A stretch of DNA of 37,214 bases, taken from assembly GCA_047636255.1 (NCBI GenBank), contig JBLIKG010000001.1, positions 1 to 37,214 on the forward strand, given 5' to 3'. Below are positions 28,785 through 37,214 of the stretch, in pieces. How positions within the stretch are numbered: the first letter of the stretch is position 1; the number at the start of each line of letters is the position of its first letter. The notes below the pieces were generated by a model. The model was not told the origin of the DNA, ran no database searches, and saw only the letters and a program-made list of their open reading frames with translations. The translations under genes were made by a program, and so were the position numbers. Source of the stretch: Roseivirga sp. (GTDB taxonomy: Bacteria > Bacteroidota > Bacteroidia > Cytophagales > Cyclobacteriaceae).

Positions 28785-29000
28785 ATGATGACAGATCAGG
28801 ACAAAAAAGGCCCGAACAATTATCTCAAATATTCTCAACTCGGAATTCAGCTTTTCGTGACCATCGCCCTATGTGGCTGGCTTGGTTATAAAATGGATGA
28901 ATGGTGGAATAGTGGTAAGGCACTTTATGTCATTATTATGATTTTTGTTGGCAGTGCTGGCGCTTTCTATCAAATGTATAAGTCCTTGCCCAAGGAGTAA
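28785..29000 (+). CDS. AtpZ/AtpI-family small membrane protein
   Basis: YLKYSQLGIQLFVTIALCGWLGYKMDEW pattern (G..lG..lD), two TMs; usual position after bactofilin in Bacteroidota. Confidence 0.8.
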   Translation: MMTDQDKKGPNNYLKYSQLGIQLFVTIALCGWLGYKMDEWWNSGKALYVIIMIFVGSAGAFYQMYKSLPKE

Positions 29001-29152
29001 TCTGTATTTCTTTTTGACTTTTATAGCACAGTAAATAGCCAAATTATGAGCTATATGATTTGCTTAGGATTGGCTAATGCTAAGTATTCGAATATTTATC
29101 CGGCAAACAAAATAGCTCTACGGTTTAAGCTTCATAGAAGCGAGTAATTTTA

Positions 29153-30700
29153 TTATTTCTCTTCCGATAACACATCGCCTAATTGTGTCATTTTAAAACG
29201 GTCGAGTTGGGCAGAGGTGTGTTCCTTGATCATAATTCCCTCCATATGTTTGATAATGTCGGGATGAAGAGCAGCAATATCTTTTTGCTCTGCAGGGTCG
29301 GTTTTGAGGTTATAGAGCTCTATAGTCATATTTCCCTTCTTAATGTCTTTTCTAATGCCTTTCCAGTCGCCCATTCGGATGGCCTGCTGACCTTGGTATT
29401 CAGGAAATTCCCAATACAAATATTCGCGGTCTTGTTGGGTTCCTTTACCTGTTAGTGTGGGAAGAAAGCTCACTCCATCGGTCTCTTTTGGTATTTCGGT
29501 ATTGGTGAGCTCACCCAGGGTGGCCATCACGTCCCAAAAGGCAGAAATATGATTCGTTTTAGCTCCCGCCTTAATTTGACCAGGCCAAGTAGCAATCATA
29601 GGCACTCGAATTCCTCCTTCATAAGTAAAGCCTTTGGTGCGGCCATAGGCCGTTTCGAAAGGCGAAGCACTTTCAAAATAAGGAGCATCTACTCCGCCAG
29701 TATAGGTTGGGCCATTATCGCTAGTGAAAATAATTAAGGTGTTCTCATACAGCCCCAGCTCCTTTAATTTGCCTACAATTTCGCCCACTTGATCATCTAA
29801 ATAAGTGATCATACCCGCATAAGCTGCCTTTGGGTATCGGTTCGGAAAATAGCCTCTATCACCAACATAAGGTGCTTCATCGCCCCACAATTTCACATAA
29901 CGATCAGTGTATTCTTGTGGTACTTGGATTGGCAAATGAGGAATTGGAGTGGCATAGTACATAAAGAAAGACTCATCCTTATGCCTTTCAATAAAGTTGA
30001 GCACTTCGGTTTGCATTAAGGCGGGGGCATAATCTGGTTGCTCGTTGAACTTGTCGTAACTGGCCAGATCCATAGGGTCTAAATCAGCCCCTAATTTCTG
30101 ACTTGGCGCCACCAAGTCGTTGTCTAACCATACTTTTTCTTCATTTTTCCAAAGGTGTTTTGGGTAAAGTTGGTGTGCTTGGCGTTGGCAATTGTAACCG
30201 TAAAAGAAATCGAAACCCATGTTGGTGGGAACCGACTCTGACAAAGGAGCTCCTAACCCCCATTTGCCAACAATGCCTGTTTTATAACCAGCGCTTTGCA
30301 ACACGTTGCCTATGGTAACAGTGCTTGAAGGTATAGGACGTTGGCCTTCTAAATTGGGGTCGTTTACGGCTTTTTCATAGTTCCAAACCTCACCTCGTTC
30401 AGCCCATTCGTCATTCCCACGGATGTATGCTTTGCCCGGTTGTTTTCCTGTCATCAGCATGTAACGCGCAGGTGCGCAAACGGGAGCACCAGAATAATGC
30501 TGAGTGAACATCATTCCTGACTTTGCGAGTGCATCTATATTCGGGGTTTGAATTTTTGTTTGGCCATAAATACCAAGTTCTCCATAGCCAAGGTCATCGG
30601 CCAAAATGTAGATGATATTGGGTTTTTCAACTTTAGGTTTGTCATCTTGACAAGCCGTGAAACAAATGGCGAGGATTAAAAAAATGAGTAGTTTATTCAT
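29153..30700 (-). CDS. Arylsulfatase (S1 family, Cys-type), lipoprotein
   Basis: Lipobox FTAC, KPNIIYILADDLGY, CAPAR (CxPxR), LMTG, GKWGLG, TSDNG, EGGIRVP. Confidence 0.95.
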   Translation of the reverse strand: MNKLLIFLILAICFTACQDDKPKVEKPNIIYILADDLGYGELGIYGQTKIQTPNIDALAKSGMMFTQHYSGAPVCAPARYMLMTGKQPGKAYIRGNDEWAERGEVWNYEKAVNDPNLEGQRPIPSSTVTIGNVLQSAGYKTGIVGKWGLGAPLSESVPTNMGFDFFYGYNCQRQAHQLYPKHLWKNEEKVWLDNDLVAPSQKLGADLDPMDLASYDKFNEQPDYAPALMQTEVLNFIERHKDESFFMYYATPIPHLPIQVPQEYTDRYVKLWGDEAPYVGDRGYFPNRYPKAAYAGMITYLDDQVGEIVGKLKELGLYENTLIIFTSDNGPTYTGGVDAPYFESASPFETAYGRTKGFTYEGGIRVPMIATWPGQIKAGAKTNHISAFWDVMATLGELTNTEIPKETDGVSFLPTLTGKGTQQDREYLYWEFPEYQGQQAIRMGDWKGIRKDIKKGNMTIELYNLKTDPAEQKDIAALHPDIIKHMEGIMIKEHTSAQLDRFKMTQLGDVLSEEK

Positions 30701-30715
30701 AGCTTCTAAATTCTA

Positions 30716-31513
30716 TCAACTGTCTTTTACACACCTAAAACCGGTATGCATTAAGCCCGTTTCGATTGTGGATTCGCTCTTTCCTGTGATTTGATAACCA
30801 TGGCAAAAGCTAGGTTCACAAAGGAAAGAACCACCCTTCAGTACCTTTTGACTTTGCTCATTGGGTTGAAAGTTCTCCATTTTCATTCCTTTTGGCAGGT
30901 CCCAATCGCTGGTCCACTCCCAAACATTACCCGCCATGTCGGTCAGGCCGAGCTTAGTTTTACCAAAATGACCCACAGGAGAAGTGTACTCAAAACCATC
31001 CTTTGCTGTGTTGATATAAGGAAATGAACCTTGCCAAGTGTTGGCCATGTACTTTCCTTCAACAATCAAATTATCGCCCCAATTGTAAATAGTGTTTACA
31101 TCTTTCGCGTCTTTGGCAGCATATTCCCACTCGGCCTGAGTTGGAAGCCTTTTTCCTGCCCAGTCGCAATAAGCAAGGGCATCGTTATAGGAAACTTGGG
31201 TTACGGGGTGATCATCTATTGCTATAAATCCGTTGGATCCGGTAGGATATTGCCAATTGGCGCCTTCTTGCAAAAACCAATTCTTCTCGATACTGAAAAC
31301 AGCTGAATTACCAAATTTCTCTGCTTCTGTAATGTATTCTGTTGACTCTACGAATGATCGAAATTGCGCAACCGTTACAGGCGATTCATCCATGAAGAAT
31401 GCAGCAATCGATTTTCCCTTGGGAATATATTGCATGCCATATGGAGCTTGTACTGATTCTGTCTTAGCACAACTTGAAAACACTATTAAAAAGAAAAAGG
31501 CAAAATTCCTCAT
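30716..31513 (-). CDS. Formylglycine-generating enzyme (SUMF1/FGE), predicted lipoprotein
   Basis: Lipobox FSSC; RLPTQAEWEYAA, DMAGNVWEW, KGGSFLCEPSFCHGY (catalytic Cys pair), HTGFRC; adjacent to a sulfatase. Confidence 0.9.
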   Translation of the reverse strand: MRNFAFFFLIVFSSCAKTESVQAPYGMQYIPKGKSIAAFFMDESPVTVAQFRSFVESTEYITEAEKFGNSAVFSIEKNWFLQEGANWQYPTGSNGFIAIDDHPVTQVSYNDALAYCDWAGKRLPTQAEWEYAAKDAKDVNTIYNWGDNLIVEGKYMANTWQGSFPYINTAKDGFEYTSPVGHFGKTKLGLTDMAGNVWEWTSDWDLPKGMKMENFQPNEQSQKVLKGGSFLCEPSFCHGYQITGKSESTIETGLMHTGFRCVKDS

Positions 31514-32475
31514 TTCAAAAATGATTTGCCGTCCAAATTACCCTTTACCTTTTCAGCAATTTCGATACCCATGAAATCACAGATGGATGGCATGATATCG
31601 ACTATGCCAGGTTGATTAAAGAAATCAGAAGTCAAATTACTTTGGTTGGTGACTATCCACGTAGTTCGTTCTCTTTCCGATTGGCCGCCATGTCCTTTAC
31701 CATTTTCAGCGGTACGGCCATGATCTGTAGTAATTACAATCATCCATTCCTCATTATGATCCTGCTCTCTTTGCTGAATCGCTTTCCAAATCCTTCCTAC
31801 TTGATCATCGGCTAATTTTACAGCATCAGTCATTTGTTGACTGTCGCCATAGCGATGCCCCATATCATCGGTATATTCTAAATAAACCCAAGAGAGGTCG
31901 GGACTTGATTCAGCGATATAGTCAGCAGTTTTATTCACCACCAATTCATCAATATTTCGAATATATACGCGCTCCTCGTCATGGGGGAAACGAAGGGTAT
32001 CCAACTCAAAACCATCAAAGGCAAAGTCCATTTTGATATTACCTGTTTCAGCCAATCCTTCTCCAATCAGCTTGGTCCTATTGTCTAGCCAAGTCGAAAA
32101 AATGGCAGTTTTTAGTTCAGGGTCATGGTTTTTAGCGATTCTGAAAATAGTCGGGTAATCATAATTAGGTGCTTTAATACTATTGCCCCAAACATTATGC
32201 TTGTTGGCCCATGTGCCCGTTAACAGGCTATTATAGCCAACGGCCGAAATTGTGGGCGATTCAGATTTACCTCCTTTTTCACCACCAACATATGCCCTAG
32301 AATAGCCACCAGCAGCCGCGATCTGATCTAAAAACGGTGTATCCACATTTTCAAGTACATCGGCAGGAATTCCATCGAGTAAAATGAAAATTGCTTTTTT
32401 ACTTTGAGCCAAACCCGAAAACTCAAAGGAAAGCATCAAAAATAAGCAACAGGTAAATCCTTTAATTCTTCTCAT
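31510..32475 (-). CDS. Alkaline phosphatase superfamily / nucleotide pyrophosphatase-phosphodiesterase-like protein, exported
   Basis: Signal peptide; LLDGIP, SPTISAVGY (nucleophile region), DDMGH and TTDHG metal ligands; ATGA overlap with the FGE gene. Confidence 0.85.
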   Translation of the reverse strand: MRRIKGFTCCLFLMLSFEFSGLAQSKKAIFILLDGIPADVLENVDTPFLDQIAAAGGYSRAYVGGEKGGKSESPTISAVGYNSLLTGTWANKHNVWGNSIKAPNYDYPTIFRIAKNHDPELKTAIFSTWLDNRTKLIGEGLAETGNIKMDFAFDGFELDTLRFPHDEERVYIRNIDELVVNKTADYIAESSPDLSWVYLEYTDDMGHRYGDSQQMTDAVKLADDQVGRIWKAIQQREQDHNEEWMIVITTDHGRTAENGKGHGGQSERERTTWIVTNQSNLTSDFFNQPGIVDIMPSICDFMGIEIAEKVKGNLDGKSFLK

Positions 32476-35400
32476 TTTTTAGAATTCAACAAAAGGTAAT
32501 CGGCATTTGCGATTAGTTCATCAGGGTGATCCGTATTCTTGAACACTACGAATAGCTTAATTCTTCCGCTATTTGGCTTTAATATGATATCTGTATTCTT
32601 GAAACTTTGATTGTTCGTAAAGATATTCAGCTTAGAACACCTAAAAGCTCACCATCCAAAGCACCTTTCCTGATTTCTATATTTCCTGTGTAATTATAAT
32701 TTTCGTTATATAACCCTCTGAAAGTAATGCTTACTAATTGCTCTAGTAGCACGTTATCAAACCTCATATAATGTCCATCCTTGATATCGCCTACTACGTT
32801 GGCACCTTGAGCGCTCCAAACTTTATTATCTTGATGCATTTCATTTGCGTTTTCCGCTTCTAAAACCGAGGCCCTAAATACAAATTGTTCTGTGGTTGTG
32901 ATTGCAGGCACTCCTGCACTGCCTTTGTCAGTGTAGGAAGCAGTAAGCACATAAGCGCCCTTGACATTAGAGCGATCGTGCTGATCAAAGGCCAATTCAC
33001 CTTTGGCCGGTAAAGTTGCCGCACTTCCGCTTAGGCTCATAATGTACTTCACCATTTCCATAATGTCTTCATCATTCAGCTGAGGATGGGCAGCCATTGG
33101 TGTTTCACCCCATACTCCTGCACCACCGTTTTTTATTTTCAACGCGAGCATAGGCATATCGCTGTCGCTATACTTAGTCGCAATTTGCTGATAGGATGGC
33201 CCATTCACTTTTGTACCAATGGCATGACAAGCCTTACAATCCGAACCATCGATTAGTTTTTTACCCTTGATATCAATCTGAATTTGATGCCCCATTTTTT
33301 GGGTAATTTGGCTACTGCCTTCTGGCAAAAACTCAAGGTTAACTAAAACATCATTGGGAGAAATTCGCTTATTGGCAAGGCTTCCGTCTTCCATATCGTT
33401 GATGCTTATTTCGTAAGCAAGTTTTGAACTCGTATTGTAGAAGGTATTTTCAGAGTTGAAAACAAATGAAATTTCTGGTGGTGCATTGCCCGCGGCTATT
33501 TTGTAAATACTTTGAGTCTTGAGTCCTTCTGGATCGGTTACCGTGAGCTTGACATCGTAACTTCCTTTTTCCGTAAAGGTGAAAGTAGGATTCACTTCAT
33601 CGTTGAGTGGGCTATTCGCTCCAAAATTCCATTCATATTTTAGAGTACCCCCTTCTAAATCTTCAGATTCTTGAGCCGAAAAATTCACGGTTAAAGGCAG
33701 AGCCCCAATACTTTTATCGGCACTAATTCGAGCAATTGGAGCTCTATTTCCAGACACAAAGCTGATTTTATTGAGTTGAGCATCGACATTTTGAGTATTC
33801 CAGCTTTCACCATATTCAAGAATATAGAGGCTGCCATCCTTCCCAAATGCCATATCAATAGGGTTATGAAACTCAGCATTTCCCATAAAGCGTTCCGCCT
33901 TCACAAAGGCATCATTTTCGTCCATGGTGATTAAGAAAATCCAATCACGCATCCATTCATAAATGAACAATTTGCCTTCGAAATAATCAGGAAAGGTTTT
34001 GGCAGATTTATCAAAAGTAGCTTTGCGAAAAACAGGGCCCGCCATGGCTGTTCTTCCTCCTGTACCTACCCAAGGAAACTCAGGTGAGGCATCGTAAGGA
34101 TACCAAATAAATGAAGATTGGGCAGGAGGTAAATTTTGAATCCCCGTATTGTTGGGTGAGTCATTGATCAAATTATTGGGATCGAAGGGTTGGCGAGGCT
34201 TTTTGTTTACAAAATCGTAGTCCCAATAGGGAATGTTGTTTCCTCGGGTGTAAGGCCAACCCCAATTGCCTGCCTGCCTCGCTTGATTAATTTCATCGAT
34301 ACCATATGGGCCACGTTGTGGATCAGGTTTGCCTGCATCCGGACCCACATCTCCCCAATATACGTTCCCGTTTTTCTGATCTACAGAAAGTCTAAAAGCA
34401 TTTCGGACACCCATCACATAAATTTCAGGTCGGGTTTTAGGGTCTTCATCTTCAAAAAGATTGCCTTTGGGAATAGAATATGTTCCATCAACCTCTGGCT
34501 TTATTCTGATCACCTTTCCCCTTAGATCGTTTGTATTGGCACTCGATTTTTGTGCATCCCAAACCGATCTTCCGGGGCCCTCATCACTTGGAGAATAACC
34601 ATCTGATTCGAATGGATTGGTATTATCACCGGTCGAAATATAGAGGTTACCTTTGCCATCAAATTCCAATGATCCACCAGAATGACAGCACTCTCTGGTG
34701 CTGGGAAACTCTAACATCACCTTCTCTGAATCAAAGTCCAGAGTCTTGTTTGTGAGGCTGAACCTCGAAAGTCTCTGAAGTTTGTTGGCGTTTTTAGGCG
34801 TATAAAAAATATAGATCCAGTTATTAGTGAGGTAATCGGGATCTACTGCCAAACCTAGCAATCCGTCTTCGGCAACATAATCTACATTGAGATGGGCCAC
34901 ATTGGTCATCTCATTTGAACGCAGATCAAAAAGCTTTAAATCACCTGCCCTTTCTATAAAGAGAATTTTATCATTGGGCAAGTACTCCAATTCCATCGGT
35001 TCGTTGAGGTTATTGGCCAAAACTTCTCTTGTGAATCGATTCTCTAAGGGCACTCTCTCTGAGATCGATTTAGCATAGTCCAGTTTCTTACCTTGCAAAA
35101 CATAGTCAATTCCTCCTGCTAAATGCTTTAGGAATGTTGGGTTCAAATAGGCTTCATCGGTATGACCTAAGCCAGTATAAAACATTCTCCCTCCATCAAA
35201 CTCCCTGAACCAAGCGATAGGATGATGCTCTCCGTTTTCCCCACCCTCATAAGTGCTTTCATCTAAATTCAACAGCACATTGAGCCCCTCTGCAATACTT
35301 TTGTAATTGTACCATTCATCAAAGTGAACCCATTCTTTGGGTATATCTTTGGTAGCAGGATGAGTATTACCCAGCACATGAAGGCTCGCCTCTTGCTGAC

Positions 35401-35839
35401 GCGGGTGGCTCAAAAAATAGGCTCCAACCAATTGATTATACCAAGGCCATTGGTATTCGGTATCAGCTGCGGCATGAATACCTAGAAATCCTCCTCCAGC
35501 TTGGATAAACCTTTCAAAATCTGCCTGCTGATATTGGTCTAAAATATCGCCAGTGGTGCTTAAAAATATTACTGCTGAATACCCTGCTAAAACTTCATCC
35601 TTAAACCAAGAGGCATCAGAAGTAGAATCTACCTCGAATCCTTTTTCCAGACCAATTTTTTGAATGGCAGCAACACCTTTGGGAATTGAAGCATGCTTAT
35701 AACCCGCTGTTTTTGTAAAAACAAGTACCTTCTTGGCCCCAGAATTACCACAACTTGACAATAGTAAAAGCGCCGATAAAAGTAGCGCTAATGATAATAT
35801 TTGTTTAAAAGTAATTTGGAAAAGGGATGAGGTAGTCAT
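32472..35839 (-). CDS. Multidomain lipoprotein: ThuA-like + PQQ-dependent (GSDH-type) beta-propeller + PKD + cytochrome c + CBM6, with an apparent 1-nt frameshift near 32636 (in-frame stop at 32627)
   Basis: Lipobox LSSC; ThuA-like (GFLGIHAAAD, DEWYNY, FYTGLGH); propeller (CCHSGG, STGDN, MGVRNAFR, DVGPD); PKD (YEWNFG, LTVTD); CKACH heme motif with distal Met; CBM6 begins (GELLG) and continues in the -1 frame to a TGA at 32472-32474. Confidence 0.85.
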
Positions 35840-35973
35840 AAATGCCTGTTTAAGATAAACACTTAAAAGTTAAGGCTTTTTCTTATTGGTTTCGATAGGA
35901 ATTGATTTACCGCCTCTACTAAACAATTTGTAATCAGCACGTTTAATTCGTTCTTTACGTTTTAGCCTTCTAA

Positions 35974-37214
35974 ATGCGTTATATGAGCCTACCCAATGCC
36001 ACTCGATTTTTATCATTCCTGGGAGTCTTCTTACTTATTTTCACTGTACAATCATGTAATAAGGAACAAGGCCCAGATGAAGAACAGGAAGAAGCATTCA
36101 TATTAGGCCCATACGATGGCTTAGTCCCCTATATTGTAATTAATACAGGCGGCAGCAGCATACAAGACGACCCAAAGATAACAGCGCAAATGACCGTCTT
36201 TGTAAATAAAGAAGAGGTGCTCACTAGCCCTATCGGCATAGAATATAGAGGCTCTACATCTTTCACCTTATTCGCTAAGAAATCTTATGGTTTCGAAACT
36301 AGAGATGACGCAGGTGATGGCGTAAATGTTGAGCTTTTAGGTTTAAGCGCAGAGGAAGATTGGATTTTTTATGGGCCTTATAGCGACAAAACATTTTTGA
36401 GAAATGTGATCATCTATGAATTATCGAATCAGATCGGTCAATATGCTGTCAAAACCAAGTTTGTAGAATTGCAGATCAACGAAACTTATCAAGGCACCTA
36501 CGTTTTGATGGAGAAAATCAAAAGAGATAAAAACCGGGTAAATATTAAAAAACTAGAACCTGAAGATACTGATCCAAACGACATTACTGGCGGCTATATT
36601 CTAAAAATCGATAAGACCTCGGGAGATGGCAATCCAGAGGCACTTTACACTGAAGCAATTAGTTTTCGTTCTGACTTTGGTGTCAATGGTAATGCCTTAA
36701 ACTATGCCGCATTTGGTCAAAAAAGAGGTGAGGAGACCTATTTTCTTTACGAATACCCTAAAGATGATGACATCACCAGTATTCAAAAAGAGTACATCAA
36801 AGGCTATATCGATGACTTTGAAAACACTCTGTTCGGCTCTGGTACAGGCAACTACACTGATTATATTGATGTAAATAGTTTTGTAGATTTTTTCCTGCTC
36901 AACGAGTTAAGCGCCAATCCTGACGCTTACAGAATTAGTACTTTCCTGCATAAGAACAGAGGAGAAAAGTTGAAAATGGGCCCAATCTGGGATTTCAATA
37001 TTGCCTTTGGCAACGACAATCGAAGTTCATCTGAAAAGTGGATGTATAAATACAACCTTGATTACCCTAATGACCTGTGGTTGGTGCCATTTTGGTGGGA
37101 AAAGTTAATGGCAGATCCACAATTCAAAGCTTCGATAAAGACAAGATGGAGTGAGCTGAAGGGCACAATCTTTTCTCAAAATAATCTTGAGAGCATAATG
37201 AATCAGCATATTGC
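35974..37214 (+). CDS. CotH kinase family lipoprotein (3'-truncated by window edge; absent from ORF track)
   Basis: Manual translation: (MRY)MSLPNATRFLSFLGVFLLIFTVQSC, IGIEYRGSTS, KKSYGFET, DWIFYGPYSDKTFLRN, YQGTYVLMEKIK, NELSANPDAY, MGPIWDFNIAFGN. Start is 35974 or 35983. Confidence 0.9.
   Translation, partial: MRYMSLPNATRFLSFLGVFLLIFTVQSCNKEQGPDEEQEEAFILGPYDGLVPYIVINTGGSSIQDDPKITAQMTVFVNKEEVLTSPIGIEYRGSTSFTLFAKKSYGFETRDDAGDGVNVELLGLSAEEDWIFYGPYSDKTFLRNVIIYELSNQIGQYAVKTKFVELQINETYQGTYVLMEKIKRDKNRVNIKKLEPEDTDPNDITGGYILKIDKTSGDGNPEALYTEAISFRSDFGVNGNALNYAAFGQKRGEETYFLYEYPKDDDITSIQKEYIKGYIDDFENTLFGSGTGNYTDYIDVNSFVDFFLLNELSANPDAYRISTFLHKNRGEKLKMGPIWDFNIAFGNDNRSSSEKWMYKYNLDYPNDLWLVPFWWEKLMADPQFKASIKTRWSELKGTIFSQNNLESIMNQHI

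Noticed and set aside
29001-29152. Possible mobile-element scar or atp gene remnant at the synteny break
   Set aside because: No terminal inverted repeats, target duplication, tRNA fragment or recognisable coding remnant was found by eye.
32529-32603. 15-bp near-perfect direct repeat ATC(C/T)GTATTCTTGAA, 60 nt apart, in an apparent intergenic gap
   Set aside because: Only two copies, and both encode FKNTD in the frameshifted CBM6 tail; not a CRISPR array or an att site.
536-35078. Many short 60-126 aa antisense or alternate-frame ORFs in the ORF track
   Set aside because: They lie within or across well-supported genes and show no recognisable motifs or independent expression signals; they are shadow ORFs.

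Overview
This is a roughly 39-40% GC (by eye) chromosomal window from a Bacteroidota genome, most likely Cytophagales. The lineage call is inferred from protein families, gene order and TAnnTTTG promoters. The left part is housekeeping: a 5'-truncated MMPL/RND transporter, ileS (type 2, with a GIHH signature), lspA, an M16 zinc protease, a small membrane protein, DUF721/DciA and hemW. The centre is a type IX secretion/gliding locus (Omp85-like OMP, DUF4271, hemD, porP/sprP, gldK-gldL-gldM-gldN). It converges on a sprE/porW-PBP1A-uvrC operon, and an M23-bactofilin-atpZ unit diverges from sprE. The right part is an accessory minus-strand operon: a ThuA/PQQ-propeller/PKD/cytochrome c/CBM6 lipoprotein carrying a 1-nt frameshift near its 3' end, an alkaline-phosphatase-superfamily hydrolase, a lipoprotein formylglycine-generating enzyme and an arylsulfatase. 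A 3'-truncated CotH-kinase lipoprotein that the ORF track missed diverges from that operon. No rRNA, tRNA, CRISPR array or mobile element was seen. No clearly new system is proven; the best candidate is the all-exported redox/FGE/sulfatase operon.
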